From Candidatus Limnocylindria bacterium (lineage in GTDB: Bacteria; Desulfobacterota; Binatia; DP-6): 64,000 bases of DNA. Below, one piece after another: positions 1 through 11,422 of this stretch; the stretch's first letter is position 1; each line of letters starts with the position of its first letter. Where the stretch lies: assembly GCA_035559675.1 (NCBI GenBank), contig DATMAZ010000224.1:670-64669 (forward strand). Reading direction: 5' to 3'. Under the pieces are notes generated by a model, which saw only the letters and a list, made by a program, of their open reading frames with translations, was not told where the DNA came from and did no database searches. Both the position numbers and the translations under genes were made by a program.

Positions 1-242
1 ACACGTCCTGCGTCAGCTCCTCGGCGCGGGCCTCGTGGGCGACGAAGCGGCGCACGAACTGTAGCACGCGGGGTGCATAGCGCTCGAAAAGCAGCGGGAA
101 CGCCTCCAGGTCGCCCGCCTGCACGCGCAGCATGAGGACCACGTCGGGGTCGCTGGCGGCCCCGCCTTCCGCCCGGGCGGATGCCGCAGTGGACGCGCCA
201 GCCAGCGGCGCGGGCGGCTTCTCGGAGCGCGGGCGGGTCACG
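1..242 (-). CDS. ECF-type sigma-70 family RNA polymerase sigma factor; partial, 3' part lies beyond the window start
   Basis: Minus-strand translation of 1-135 gives ...DPDVVLMLRVQAGDLEAFPLLFERYAPRVLQFVRRFVAHEARAEELTQDV, a typical sigma-70 region 2 N-terminus. The start is uncertain (GTG at 242 or ATG at 132). The gene is truncated by the window edge. Confidence 0.5.
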
Positions 243-388
243 ACCGGCCCGATCCTACGCCAATCGTCACGGGCTGCCCAGCTGATGGCCGCCTGCATCA
301 TGCTACGGGAGAAACACACGCCGCACCGGCTAGTTGCGTCGCGCGGAGGTTGCTGGCGAGGGTCCCTCGAAGGTGCTAACCAGCCCAC

Positions 389-1980
389 GTGGGGAACGGT
401 CCACCCCCCGCCCTGATCACCGATCTCGAACGCATCCGGGCCTATGCCGAGGGCATGCACCTCGTCGACCGGGACGGCTCGGATCCGGCGCTCCGCGCGG
501 CGCTCGCCGACTTCATGCGCCAGCACGGTCCGGCCGTGATAGCCGCCTGGATCCCCGAGGTGGGGCACACGCTCGGCATTCCCCCCGTGGAGTGGCCCCG
601 TATCGAGGCCGATCAGCGGGCCGCGCTCGAGCGCTGGGCGGACCACATCGCCGACCCGACGGACATCGCCACCTTCGAGTACCTGCGGCAGCACACCCGG
701 CGCGGATTCATCGCACAGTTCCCCGCCTCCCGCTTTCTCACGGCGCAGATGCGGCTGGTGCGCCTGCTCCGCGACGCGCTCCACGCCCGGGTGGGCGGGG
801 ACGAGGGCGAGCGGCTCGCCCGGCTGCTCGCGCAGGAGTTCGAGGTGCGGATCCTGCACATCACGGACTTCTTCGTGGAGGGGCGCGAGGAGCTGCTGCT
901 CGAGCAGGAGACCACCTATCGCCGCTGGCTCGACCTCGCGCCGGCGTGCATCGTGCGGGCCGACCTGGCCGACGGCCGCGTCTCGGACATCAACACGGTG
1001 GGCGAGCGCCTGCTCGGCCTCGATCGCCGCGTGCTCGTCGGCCGCTACCTGCACGAGCTGCACCCCCCCGCGGAGCGGCCGGCGGTCGAAGCCCTGCTCG
1101 CCCGCACCCGCGACGGACAGCACGGCACCTGGGACGGGCTGCATCTCTTGCGGCGTACCGGCGCGCCGCTGCCGGTGTTCCTGTCCGCCGGGCCGATCGA
1201 CTACGCCAATCAGCATCTGGCGCAGATCGTCTACGTGGACCTCTCGGAGCGCATGCGCCTCGAGCACCAGCTCGTGCAGTCCGAGAAGATGGCCGCCATC
1301 GGCCAGCTCGCGGCCGGCATCGCACACGAGCTGCGCAACCCGCTCGCCATCGTCATGAACGCGCTGTTCGACCTGCGCCAGCAGCTCGGCACGCCCGCGG
1401 CCGGCATCGCCGAAGACCTGCACATCGCCGAGGAGGAGATCGAGCGGGCGCAGGCGATCATCCGCGACCTCCTGGAGTTCTCCCGCACCTCCGGCGCCGA
1501 GATCGAGCGCATCGACGTGAACGATCTCGTGCGGCGCACGGTCCAGCTGCTCCAGAAGTACTTGCAGAACAACGGCGTGCAGGTGGTAACCCAGCTCGGG
1601 GACATCCCGGCCTGCGCCGCCAACGCGAACGCCATGCGCCAGCTGCTCCTCAACCTGCTCACCAACGCCGTGCAGGCGATGCCGAGCGGCGGCGTGCTAC
1701 GGCTCCGCACCGCGCGGGTCGGCCACGATCGCATGCGGCTCGAGGTGGAGGACACCGGGGTCGGCATCACGCCCGAGAACCTCACGCGCATCTTCGACCC
1801 GTTCTACACCACGAAGGCGCCCGGCCAGGGCACCGGCCTCGGGCTGTCGGTCGTCCACTCGGTGGTGCGCCGCCACGGCGGCGACATCACGGTCGACAGC
1901 ACCCCGGGCGTGGGCACCGTCTTCCGGATCGAGCTGCCCTGCCCCTGCCATCAGGACACGCTGCCCCCCGCCACGTTCGC

Positions 1981-1984
<4 letters not shown>
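389..1984 (+). CDS. PAS-domain sensor histidine kinase (HisKA + HATPase_c)
   Basis: H-box AIGQLAAGIAHELRNPL; ATPase N, G1 and G2 motifs (NLLTNAVQAM, DTGVGI, GTGLGLS). The stop overlaps the start of the downstream regulator (ATGA). Confidence 0.8.
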
Positions 1985-3339
<1,355 letters not shown>

Positions 3340-4049
3340 GCGCACCGCGCTTCCACCAGGTCGATCTCGACCCGCACGCCCTCCTCGTCCACCGGCACGG
3401 CCCGGCGGCGCCAGACGAGGCCCGCCCGCTCGAGCGCCGGGTAGAAGTCGCGCGTGTCGATGCGGTGGCCGTCGGTGAGCAGGATGCGCCCCTGCGGTCC
3501 GGCGAGCGCGGCGAGCGCGGCGGCGAGCGCCGAGAATCCGGCGCGGTCGTAGACCACCTCCGCGGCGAGCACGAGGTCGAACGTCGGTCCGAACGGCGGC
3601 CGGGTGAAGTCGGCGCGCACGGGCCACGCGGCGGCGAGCCCATTGGCGCGAAGGCTCTCGCCGACGAAGGCCAGGGCCGCCGCATCCCGATCGAGCAATA
3701 CGACACGCGCGCCCCGCGCTGCCGCCACCAGACCCGGGAGGCCGAGCCCGCAGCCGATCTCGACGACGCGCCCGGCCGCTGCCGGCACCGCCTCGGCCAG
3801 CACGCGGGCGCCGCTCCACAGATGCGCCCAGTACGGCGGCTCCGCGGGATCGTCGCCGGCCAGGAGCGCGGCACGATCGACGTGCGCCTCGAGGTCGTCC
3901 ACCTGCCAGAGCGCGATCGTGCAGTCACCGACTTCCACCGGCGCGCAATGCGCGTCGTACCGGCCGATCTTCTTGCGCTCCGCTGTTGTCACCCGCATGC
4001 ACCGGTGCTATGCACGCGGCCTCACTCGTTGACCAGCGTGGAGGTGGCC

Positions 4050-4313
4050 ATGGAAGAAATGGTTCGGCAGACCGATCAGATCATCAACTTCACGCGCGAG
4101 ATCAACCGGCGCATGTCGGAATCCGGCGTAGCGGGGGTCGAGGGGCTGGTGGGCTTGTACGATCAGCTGCGGACGGCGCTCGCCAAGGTGAGCGTGCAGG
4201 AGCTCGAGTGGGCGCAGGGCGAGGTGGCCCGCGTCCTCGACAGCCTCAAGCGGCTCTCCGAGGAGTTGACGCACCTCGCAGCGCTCAAGGCGGCGCTCGA
4301 GCACGGACACTGA
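4050..4313 (+). CDS. Hypothetical small protein (88 aa, coiled-coil-like)
   Basis: ATG preceded by a GGAGG RBS at 4038-4042; high GC3 bias; no recognisable domain. Confidence 0.4.
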   Translation: MEEMVRQTDQIINFTREINRRMSESGVAGVEGLVGLYDQLRTALAKVSVQELEWAQGEVARVLDSLKRLSEELTHLAALKAALEHGH

Positions 4314-4336
4314 TCTCGGGCGAGCCGCAGCACGGC

Positions 4337-4789
4337 ATGGGCGGGCTTCGGCGAGCGATGACCAGCATGCTGCTGGTGGCGGCGCTCGCCGGATGCGCCG
4401 GCAGCGGCGATGCCGACGACGACGGCGGCAACGGCGGCGGCATGTGCACACCGCCCGACGTGCCCACGATCTCGTATGCCGCCAACATCCAGCCGATCTA
4501 CGATCGCGCGTGCGCGCTGGCGGGCTGTCACCTCGGAGCCCTGCCGGCATTCGGGCTCAACCTGGCGGCGGGCAGGTCCTACGACGCCACGGTGAACGTG
4601 CCCTCCCTCGAGCGACCGAAGCTCCTGCTCGTCGAACCCGGCAATCCCGACGACAGCTACCTGGTGCGCAAGATCGAAGGCGGCCCCGACATCGCCGGCG
4701 ACATGATGCCGTCCAACATGCCGCCGCTGTCGCCGGACGAGATGGACGCCATCCGGCAATGGATCACCGAATGCGCCCTCGACAACTGA
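4337..4789 (+). CDS. Lipoprotein with PSCyt1-like (planctomycete cytochrome-c-like) domain; non-canonical C-x4-CH motif
   Basis: Signal peptide plus lipobox MLLVAALAGC. IQPIYDRACALAGCH...MPPLSPDEMDAIRQWI resembles a PSCyt1 domain but lacks a strict CXXCH. Confidence 0.55.
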   Translation: MGGLRRAMTSMLLVAALAGCAGSGDADDDGGNGGGMCTPPDVPTISYAANIQPIYDRACALAGCHLGALPAFGLNLAAGRSYDATVNVPSLERPKLLLVEPGNPDDSYLVRKIEGGPDIAGDMMPSNMPPLSPDEMDAIRQWITECALDN

Positions 4790-5907
4790 TCGCGGCCGCG
4801 GTGGCGTGCGTCGTGGCGCTCGGCGTCGCCGCGACCGCGTCGGCCGAGCCCTACCTCACGGTGCGCACGGGGGCCAAGTGCAGCGACTGCCACAGCAACC
4901 TGACCGGCGGCGGCAAGCGCACGCCCTTTCCGTACATTCACGCCCACGACGTGCTCCGCGACCTCCAGATCCTGCCGCTGCCGGCCCGGGTGAAGGCGTA
5001 CGACGGCCAGCTCTTCTCGCACGGCTCCTTGGGCGGCGATTTCCGCGTGCGCAACGAGACGCAGTGGAGCGACAATCCCGACGCGCAGGGACGCGTGCGG
5101 GAGAACCGGGCGTTTCGCGGCCACGTCGACTTCAACGACACCGACGTGCAGGAGTTCCTGCTCTACGGCCAGCTCGACCTCTGGCCCGAGGTGCTGAGCG
5201 TGTACGCCGACGCCGACTTCACCAGCGGCGCCACGACCCGCGAGGTGTTCGGGCTGCTCCGGGGCGTGCTGCCGCTCGACGGCTACGTGAAGGCCGGGCG
5301 CTTCTTCACGCCCTTCGGGCTCGCGCTCCACGACGACGAGGCGTTCGTGCGGGCCAACGGCGGCACGACGTTCCAGAACTCCGACGAGGGCCTCGAGCTC
5401 GGCATCATGCCCGGCCCGTTCTTCCTGGCGGCCGCGGTGACCAACGGCGTGCAGGGCGACACGGACGTGCAGACGGCCGTCAACGGGTACGCCGTGTTCG
5501 ACGACGTGCCGGTCGTGCGCTCGGTGCTGGCCGGCGCCTCCTACCTCCGGCAGGCGAGCGACCGCTACGCCGCCGCGTGGTACGCGGGCACGAACCTCTG
5601 GCGCTTCACCATGCTCGGCGAATTCGTGCTGATCGACGACCGCAGCGACACGCCGGCCGCCGACGACCAGTACGCCTCCTACGCCGAGGTCGACTTCCTC
5701 GCCTTCGACTGGCTGAACATCCGCGGCCTCTTCGAGTTCTTGAAGGTGGCCGGCGATCGCGATCGCACGCGCTACGCCATCGGCGTCGAGCCGTTCATCG
5801 ACGTCTTCTTGCAGCCGCGCATCCAGTACCGGATCAACAACGCGCCCGGCTCCCAGCCCGATCTCAACACGACGGAGCTCGTCTTCGAGCTCCACCTCTG
5901 GTTCTGA
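4771..5907 (+). CDS. Secreted protein with single CXXCH heme-binding motif; predicted outer-membrane beta-barrel (C-terminal F)
   Basis: Signal peptide AAAVACVVALGVAATASA. CSDCH motif 15 aa after the predicted cleavage site. Alternating hydrophobic pattern and terminal ...LHLWF. Overlaps the upstream lipoprotein gene by 19 nt. Confidence 0.55.
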   Translation: MRPRQLIAAAVACVVALGVAATASAEPYLTVRTGAKCSDCHSNLTGGGKRTPFPYIHAHDVLRDLQILPLPARVKAYDGQLFSHGSLGGDFRVRNETQWSDNPDAQGRVRENRAFRGHVDFNDTDVQEFLLYGQLDLWPEVLSVYADADFTSGATTREVFGLLRGVLPLDGYVKAGRFFTPFGLALHDDEAFVRANGGTTFQNSDEGLELGIMPGPFFLAAAVTNGVQGDTDVQTAVNGYAVFDDVPVVRSVLAGASYLRQASDRYAAAWYAGTNLWRFTMLGEFVLIDDRSDTPAADDQYASYAEVDFLAFDWLNIRGLFEFLKVAGDRDRTRYAIGVEPFIDVFLQPRIQYRINNAPGSQPDLNTTELVFELHLWF

Positions 5908-5922
5908 GGCGCGCCACGCCCG

Positions 5923-6273
5923 TCACTTCACGGCTTCGACCACCACGCCCGTGAGCCCGCCCTGGGTCACCTTCGTGCCCTCGACGGTGATGGTGTCGGC
6001 CGCTTTGCCGATCGCCGTCGCGTAGGCCTTTGGGTTGGCGTGGTCCTCGAGCAGGAGTACGACCGAGCCGTCGTCGGTGAGCAGGCCCATCGGCAACCCT
6101 TTCTTGGCGCACGTCTCGGCACACTTGCGATGTGTCGCGCCGCGGCTGGTGGCGGGGTGGTGGAGGTAGCAGGAGAGGTCGACCACCTCGCCGCTCACGG
6201 TGTCGGCCCGCGCGGGCGTGCCGCCCAGGGCGGCGAGGGCGAGCAGCGAGAGCCCAATGCGAAGGCTGTTCAT
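5923..6273 (-). CDS. Secreted hypothetical protein (116 aa)
   Basis: N-terminal signal peptide LSLLALAALGGTPARA; four Cys; GC3 bias. Confidence 0.45.
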   Translation of the reverse strand: MNSLRIGLSLLALAALGGTPARADTVSGEVVDLSCYLHHPATSRGATHRKCAETCAKKGLPMGLLTDDGSVVLLLEDHANPKAYATAIGKAADTITVEGTKVTQGGLTGVVVEAVK

Positions 6274-6282
6274 GCGTTCGGG

Positions 6283-6747
6283 CTATCTCCGCCCGCCCGG
6301 GCTGTCAACGTCGGCCGGGACGTAGTCCGGCGCGTCGAGCGGCGGGGCGAAGGTGGCGAGCGCCACCGCCGTGGTGCCCGGCGCGGACGCGAAGTAGTGC
6401 AGCGCGCCGCGCGGAATCACGACGACGTCGCCGGGTTGCATCGGCACCCTCGTCGCGCCGAGGGTGAGCACGCCCTCGCCGCGGAGCATTTGCACCACCA
6501 CGTCGTGCTCGACGTGCCGGTGAGGCCGCTCGCTGCCGCGCACCTGCACCACGTGCACGCTCGCCCCGCTCGTGCGCTCGACCAGATCGGCTCGGATCTC
6601 CGCGCCGTCGGCCAGACGATGCGCCTCCAGGAACGGGTCGAGGCCGTGCCGCAGCGCGCCAACGACCAGCCGGGGCGGCCCCACCGCGGGCCGCTGGCAT
6701 CCGAGCGCCGCCACCACCACCGCCGCAATCATCCAGGCAGATCGCAT
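6283..6747 (-). CDS. Cupin domain protein (putative lipoprotein)
   Basis: Cupin motifs G(X)5HXH (VRGSERPHRHVEH) and PRGALHYF; signal peptide MIAAVVVAALGC. Confidence 0.6.
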   Translation of the reverse strand: MRSAWMIAAVVVAALGCQRPAVGPPRLVVGALRHGLDPFLEAHRLADGAEIRADLVERTSGASVHVVQVRGSERPHRHVEHDVVVQMLRGEGVLTLGATRVPMQPGDVVVIPRGALHYFASAPGTTAVALATFAPPLDAPDYVPADVDSPGGRR

Positions 6748-7105
6748 GCTCCACGTCTCATGCCCGGGCGGCGTTCGCCGATCAACCGGCGTTCGGCGCC
6801 GCAGCGCCGATTTTTCTTGACGGCGGGCGCGTCGTTGAGCAACAGTCCGGCTCGAAGGGGATTGGCACTCATGACAAGCTTCCTCGGCGATCGCATCCTG
6901 CTGTCCACCCTGCTGTATTTCGTCGCGGTGCTGATCGCGTTCGGTCCCGAGATCCGACATTCGCTCGCGCGGATCCGGGCGACCGAGCAACCCGGACGCT
7001 CTGACGGCAGCGAGCCGAGCCCCACACGCTGACGGCGCACGCCGTCGCCGGCGAGCCCCCCGCTTTCGCTTGGCGGCGCCGCTGCTACCATGACGCGGCG
7101 CCGCC

Positions 7106-9403
7106 ATGACCCGCCCCCTGCCGCCCTTCGTCCTGTCGCTGCTGCTCGCCGCCTCGGGCTGCCGGACCGGCGCGGCGCCGCTCGCCCCGCCGCTCGACAC
7201 CCAGCGCGTCCATGCGCTGCTGCTGAACGGCGGCGGCCGCCCCGCCAGCAACTACGCGTCACACCTCCGGCACCTCGAAGCCATGCAGGACGTGCTCGCC
7301 GCGGCCGACGTTCCGCCGACCCACGTCACGGTGCTGAACGCCGACGGCACCGATCCCGGGCTGGATCTCGCGACGCGCGAGCCCGAGACGGCCGAGTATT
7401 TCTGGCTGCTCGCCGGAACGCCGCTCGAGTCGGCGCTCCACCCGCCGATCACCTACGTCGACTCCATGCTCCCCGGAGCGACGCTGCGCGCCGCCACGCG
7501 GGAGGAGCTCGGCGCGTGGGCCGACGCGGGCGCCACCCGCTTCCGGGCCGGCGACACCGTCCTCCTGTTCGTCACCGATCACGGGACGCGCAATCCCGCC
7601 GACCCGACGGACAACCGCATCACGCTCTGGGGCGACAAGCAGGCGGTGTCGGTGCGCGAGCTGCGCGCGCTGCTCGATCGGTTCGACCCCGGCGTGCGCG
7701 TCGTCACGGTGATGTCGCAGTGCTACTCGGGATCGTTCGCGCACCTCGGGCTCGGCGAGCATGCCGCCGGCCCCCGGGAGGTGTGCGGGTACTTCTCGAC
7801 CACGGCCGACCGCCTGGCCTACGGCTGCTACCCCGAGAACCGCAATCGCGACAACGTCGGCCATGCCTTCCACTTCCTCACCGCCCTCGGGCAAAGCGGC
7901 GACTTCGAGCAGGCGCACCGCACCACGGTGATCGACGACGGCACCCCGGACGTGCCGCTGCGCACCTCGGACGTGTTCCTGGAGGACGTGATGCGGCGCG
8001 CGGCGGCTGCGGCCGGCAAGGACCCCATCGCCTTCGCCGACGAGTGGCTCGCACGCGCCTTCAAGGACCGCAAGCGATGGGAGCGCGAGCTCCGCCTGCT
8101 CGACGCGGTCGGCGAGCGCTACGGCATGTTCAGCCCACGGCGGCTGAGCGAGGTGGAGGAGCGCCTTGCCGTCGTGCCGCCGCTTGCCGAGGAGCTCAAG
8201 ACCCACCGCGACAACTGGAAGCGCTCGCAGAGCAGCGCGGCCCAGGTCAACTGGGAACGCTTCGCTTCGGCCGAGCCGAGCTGGAAGCCGCGGCTGGCGC
8301 CCCAGGTGCTGCAGGCCGCGACGCCCGAGGCGCGCCGCGACGTCACCGACGAGCTGCTCGACGCGCTGCGACGCTTCACGCAGGAGCGCGCCGCGACGTT
8401 CGAGCGCCTGCAGTCGCTCCACACGCGCGCCGAGAAGGCTAGCGAGCTCACCTACCGGATGGAGACGCGCGGCGGCGTGTTGCTGCGCATGCAGCTCGTG
8501 CTCTTCCGGGTCGCCGGCATCCAGTACGTCACCACGCAGGGCACGCCGGAGCAGCGTGCCCACCTGGAGCGCCTGCTCCGCTGCGAAGCGGTGCGGTTGC
8601 CGGTCACGCCCGTCGCCGATCCGCCGGAGCTGGCACGCGATGCGTTCCCGAGCTTCGAGGACGACGTCGCTGCCTCGGCCCGCGTGGTCCCGGGCTGGAT
8701 GGGAGTCCAGTTCCGTCCGGCGAGCGAAAAGGTCCGGCGGGCGCTGGGTGTCGGCGTGGGCGCGGCGATGGTGCAGGCGGTCTATCCGGACTCGCCGGCC
8801 AAGGAAGCGGGCCTCGAGGTCGGCGACGTGATCCTCGGACCGGCGGGCGACCGCTTCACCGAGCCGCAACAGCTGCGGGAATGGGTGATGACGTCCCCGC
8901 TCGACCGTCCGATTCCCCTCGACGTCGTCCGCAACGGCACTCCGATGCGGGTTGCGCTCACGCCGCGCGCCTACCCGCGCAAGTGGCCCGAGCTGCCGGG
9001 GCCGCCCAAGCCAGGCACCCCCGCCCCCAAGCTGGGCCTCACGCCGTACCGCGGCACGCCCCCCACCGTGCTCGCCAACTCGCGCACGCTGCTCTTCTTC
9101 TGGGCGACGTGGTGCGGCATCTGCAAGGCCGCGCTCCCGGATCTCGAGAAGGCCCGGCGGGACCTGGGCCTCACGGTGGTGGCGATCACCGACGAGGACC
9201 CCGAGCAGCTCGATGCGTTCTTCGCCAGCTACCGCGGGCCGTTTCCCCCGGTGGTCGCCATCGATGAGACCCGTCGTAGCTTCCTCGATTACGGGGTGAG
9301 CGGCACGCCGACCTTCGTGCTGATCGACGCCGACGGGCGGGTCATCCGCCACAAGACCGGGTACGCGAGAGCCAAGGGCCTGGAGGTCCTGGCCGGGTCC
9401 TGA
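7106..9403 (+). CDS. Multidomain lipoprotein: peptidase C13 (legumain-like caspase fold) + PDZ + thioredoxin-like (TlpA/ResA-type CxxC)
   Basis: Lipobox LLLAASGC. His/Cys dyad motifs FVTDHGT and VMSQCYSGSF. PDZ segment VQAVYPDSPAKEAGLEVGDVILG. C-terminal FFWATWCGICK thioredoxin motif. Confidence 0.7.
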   Translation: MTRPLPPFVLSLLLAASGCRTGAAPLAPPLDTQRVHALLLNGGGRPASNYASHLRHLEAMQDVLAAADVPPTHVTVLNADGTDPGLDLATREPETAEYFWLLAGTPLESALHPPITYVDSMLPGATLRAATREELGAWADAGATRFRAGDTVLLFVTDHGTRNPADPTDNRITLWGDKQAVSVRELRALLDRFDPGVRVVTVMSQCYSGSFAHLGLGEHAAGPREVCGYFSTTADRLAYGCYPENRNRDNVGHAFHFLTALGQSGDFEQAHRTTVIDDGTPDVPLRTSDVFLEDVMRRAAAAAGKDPIAFADEWLARAFKDRKRWERELRLLDAVGERYGMFSPRRLSEVEERLAVVPPLAEELKTHRDNWKRSQSSAAQVNWERFASAEPSWKPRLAPQVLQAATPEARRDVTDELLDALRRFTQERAATFERLQSLHTRAEKASELTYRMETRGGVLLRMQLVLFRVAGIQYVTTQGTPEQRAHLERLLRCEAVRLPVTPVADPPELARDAFPSFEDDVAASARVVPGWMGVQFRPASEKVRRALGVGVGAAMVQAVYPDSPAKEAGLEVGDVILGPAGDRFTEPQQLREWVMTSPLDRPIPLDVVRNGTPMRVALTPRAYPRKWPELPGPPKPGTPAPKLGLTPYRGTPPTVLANSRTLLFFWATWCGICKAALPDLEKARRDLGLTVVAITDEDPEQLDAFFASYRGPFPPVVAIDETRRSFLDYGVSGTPTFVLIDADGRVIRHKTGYARAKGLEVLAGS

Positions 9404-9494
9404 CGGCGCGCCGCGGCGAGCAAATGGCAAGAGGCCGCGATCCGGGGTATAGACCGCCGGAGGGGACGAGCCGTCCCCGATGAAGGAGCCGTCG

Positions 9495-11369
9495 ATGTCC
9501 AGCGCGCCACACCCCACCGCGGCAGCGAAGCAGCCCACGGGCACGCCCCGTCTGGCCCCGACGCCGGTCCACCCGCTCGCGGGCAAGATCATGTCGGGCG
9601 CCGACGCGGTGGTGCAGGTACTGGCAGACGAGGGCGTCGACGTCGTCTTCGGCTACAGCGGCGGGGCGATCCTTCCGACTTACGACGCCATCTTCCGGTA
9701 CAACGAGAACCGTCCCCCGAAGGAGCAGATCCGGCTGGTCGTGCCCGCCACCGAACAAGGCGCCGGCTTCATGGCGGCCGGCTACGCGCGTTCGTCCGGG
9801 CGGGTGGGCGTCTTCCTCGTCACCTCGGGTCCCGGCGCCACCAACTCGGTGACGCCCATCCGCGACTGTCAGGCCGACTCCGTCCCGGTCGTGCTCATCT
9901 GCGGACAGGTGCCGCGCGCGGCGATGGGCACTGACGCCTTCCAGGAGGCGCCGGTCTTCAACATCATGGCCGCCTGCGCCAAGCACGTCTTCCTGCTGAC
10001 CGACGCCACCAAGGTCGAGGAGACCATGCGCACCGCCTTCGACATCGCCCGCAGCGGCCGCCCGGGCCCGGTCGTGGTCGACCTGCCAAAAGACGTGCAG
10101 CTCGTCGAGCAGCCGTTCCGGGGCTCGGGGCTGCTGCCGAGCCACGGCTATCGCCGGCGCATCCAGGCGCTCGCCGACCGCCGCATCAGCCCGGAGGACG
10201 CCAAGGCCTTCTTCCGCCTGCTCGAGCAGAGCGAACGGCCCCTCATCTACGCGGGCGGGGGCACGATCAACGCCGGCGCCGCGCCGGAGCTGCGGGCGTT
10301 CGCCAAGCGCTTCGGCATTCCGGTGGTCACCACGCTCATGGGCATCGGCGCGATCGACACCACCAGCGAGCTGTCCATGCACATGCTGGGGATGCACGGC
10401 GCGGCGTACGCCAACTACGCGGTCGAGGATTGCGACTTCCTGTTTGCCGTGGGCGCGCGCTTCGACGACCGCGTCGCCGGCAAGGTGAAGGAGTTCGCCC
10501 CGGGCGCGCGCATCGCCCACCTCGACATCGACGCGTCCGAGATCGGCAAGGTGAAGGCCGTCGACTGGGCCCACGTGGCCGACGCCAAGCGCGGGCTGGC
10601 GCAGCTGCTCGAGGCCGGCGCCGGGTTCAAGAAGAACTTCCAGCCCTGGCGGGCCGCCCTGCAGCAGCTCAAGGTGCGGCACGCCTACGCGTACAACCGC
10701 GAATCGCCGCGCATCCAGGCCGAGTACGTCCTCGAGACGCTCAACAAGATCACCCGCGGCGACGCGATCGTCACGACGGGCGTGGGCCAGCATCAGATGT
10801 GGGCGGCGCAGTACCTCGACTTCCATTCGCCGCGCACGTTCCTCACCTCCGGCAGCATGGGCACGATGGGGTTCGGGCTGCCCGCGGCGATCGGCGCGCA
10901 GCTCGCCAACCCCGACAAGCTGGTGATCGACGTCGACGGCGACGGCAGCATCCGCATGAACTACGGCGAGCTCGAGATGCTCACCACCTACGACATTCCC
11001 GTGAAGGTGCTGCTGCTGAACAACCAGGGCGACGGGATGGTCCGCCAGTGGCAGGACCTCTTCTACACGAGCCGCTACTCGGGCACCGACAAGACGCTGC
11101 ACACCAAGGACTTCATCAAGGCGGTGGAAGCCGACGGCTTCAAGTTCGCCCGCCGCGTGGTCGACAAGGCCGACGTTCCGCGCGCGCTCGAGGAGTTCGT
11201 GCGCTTCCCCGGCCCCGCCTTCCTGGAGGTCATGGTGGACCAGACGGCGCACGTCTACCCGATGGTCGGGCCCGGCATGGGCTACAAGGACATGATCACC
11301 GGCAAGTGGATTCCGGCGCGTGACAAGCCGCGCGGCTCCGGCGGCGCCGATCCGACCGGAATGTTCTGA
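9495..11369 (+). CDS. Thiamine-pyrophosphate enzyme of the acetolactate synthase large-subunit family
   Basis: VVFGYSGGAILPTYDAIF N-terminal TPP-pyrimidine domain and GDG...NNQ TPP-binding motif. ATG 9495 has an AAGGAG RBS 6 nt upstream. No ilvN or ilvC is adjacent. Confidence 0.75.
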   Translation: MSSAPHPTAAAKQPTGTPRLAPTPVHPLAGKIMSGADAVVQVLADEGVDVVFGYSGGAILPTYDAIFRYNENRPPKEQIRLVVPATEQGAGFMAAGYARSSGRVGVFLVTSGPGATNSVTPIRDCQADSVPVVLICGQVPRAAMGTDAFQEAPVFNIMAACAKHVFLLTDATKVEETMRTAFDIARSGRPGPVVVDLPKDVQLVEQPFRGSGLLPSHGYRRRIQALADRRISPEDAKAFFRLLEQSERPLIYAGGGTINAGAAPELRAFAKRFGIPVVTTLMGIGAIDTTSELSMHMLGMHGAAYANYAVEDCDFLFAVGARFDDRVAGKVKEFAPGARIAHLDIDASEIGKVKAVDWAHVADAKRGLAQLLEAGAGFKKNFQPWRAALQQLKVRHAYAYNRESPRIQAEYVLETLNKITRGDAIVTTGVGQHQMWAAQYLDFHSPRTFLTSGSMGTMGFGLPAAIGAQLANPDKLVIDVDGDGSIRMNYGELEMLTTYDIPVKVLLLNNQGDGMVRQWQDLFYTSRYSGTDKTLHTKDFIKAVEADGFKFARRVVDKADVPRALEEFVRFPGPAFLEVMVDQTAHVYPMVGPGMGYKDMITGKWIPARDKPRGSGGADPTGMF

Positions 11370-11422
11370 CGTCCGGGAGCTACGCGCGCACACGCCGTCT
11401 CTTCCTGGCGCTGCTCGGCGCG

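Noticed and set aside
4000-4049. Possible sigma-54 promoter (GG-N10-GC at about 4005-4020) upstream of the 4050 small ORF
   Set aside because: Only the invariant GG and GC dinucleotides match. The surrounding bases do not fit TGGCAC-N5-TTGCA. Similar weak matches occur at about 49240 and 56850. None is convincing.
4337-4789. Calling the lipoprotein a bona fide c-type cytochrome
   Set aside because: The motif is C-x4-CH rather than CXXCH. Heme attachment cannot be inferred from sequence alone, so only a PSCyt-like domain is reported.
9463-9479. Hairpin ggggacg-agc-cgtcccc just upstream of the TPP-enzyme RBS as a terminator or attenuator
   Set aside because: It has no U-tract, and its position overlaps the translation-initiation region. 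It may modulate translation, but there is no evidence for a defined regulatory element.
7259-11393. Long minus-strand ORFs (7259-9592, 9342-11393) opposite the C13 lipoprotein and the TPP enzyme
   Set aside because: Same high-GC antisense artefact: R/G/A-rich with no motifs, while the sense-strand genes are well supported.
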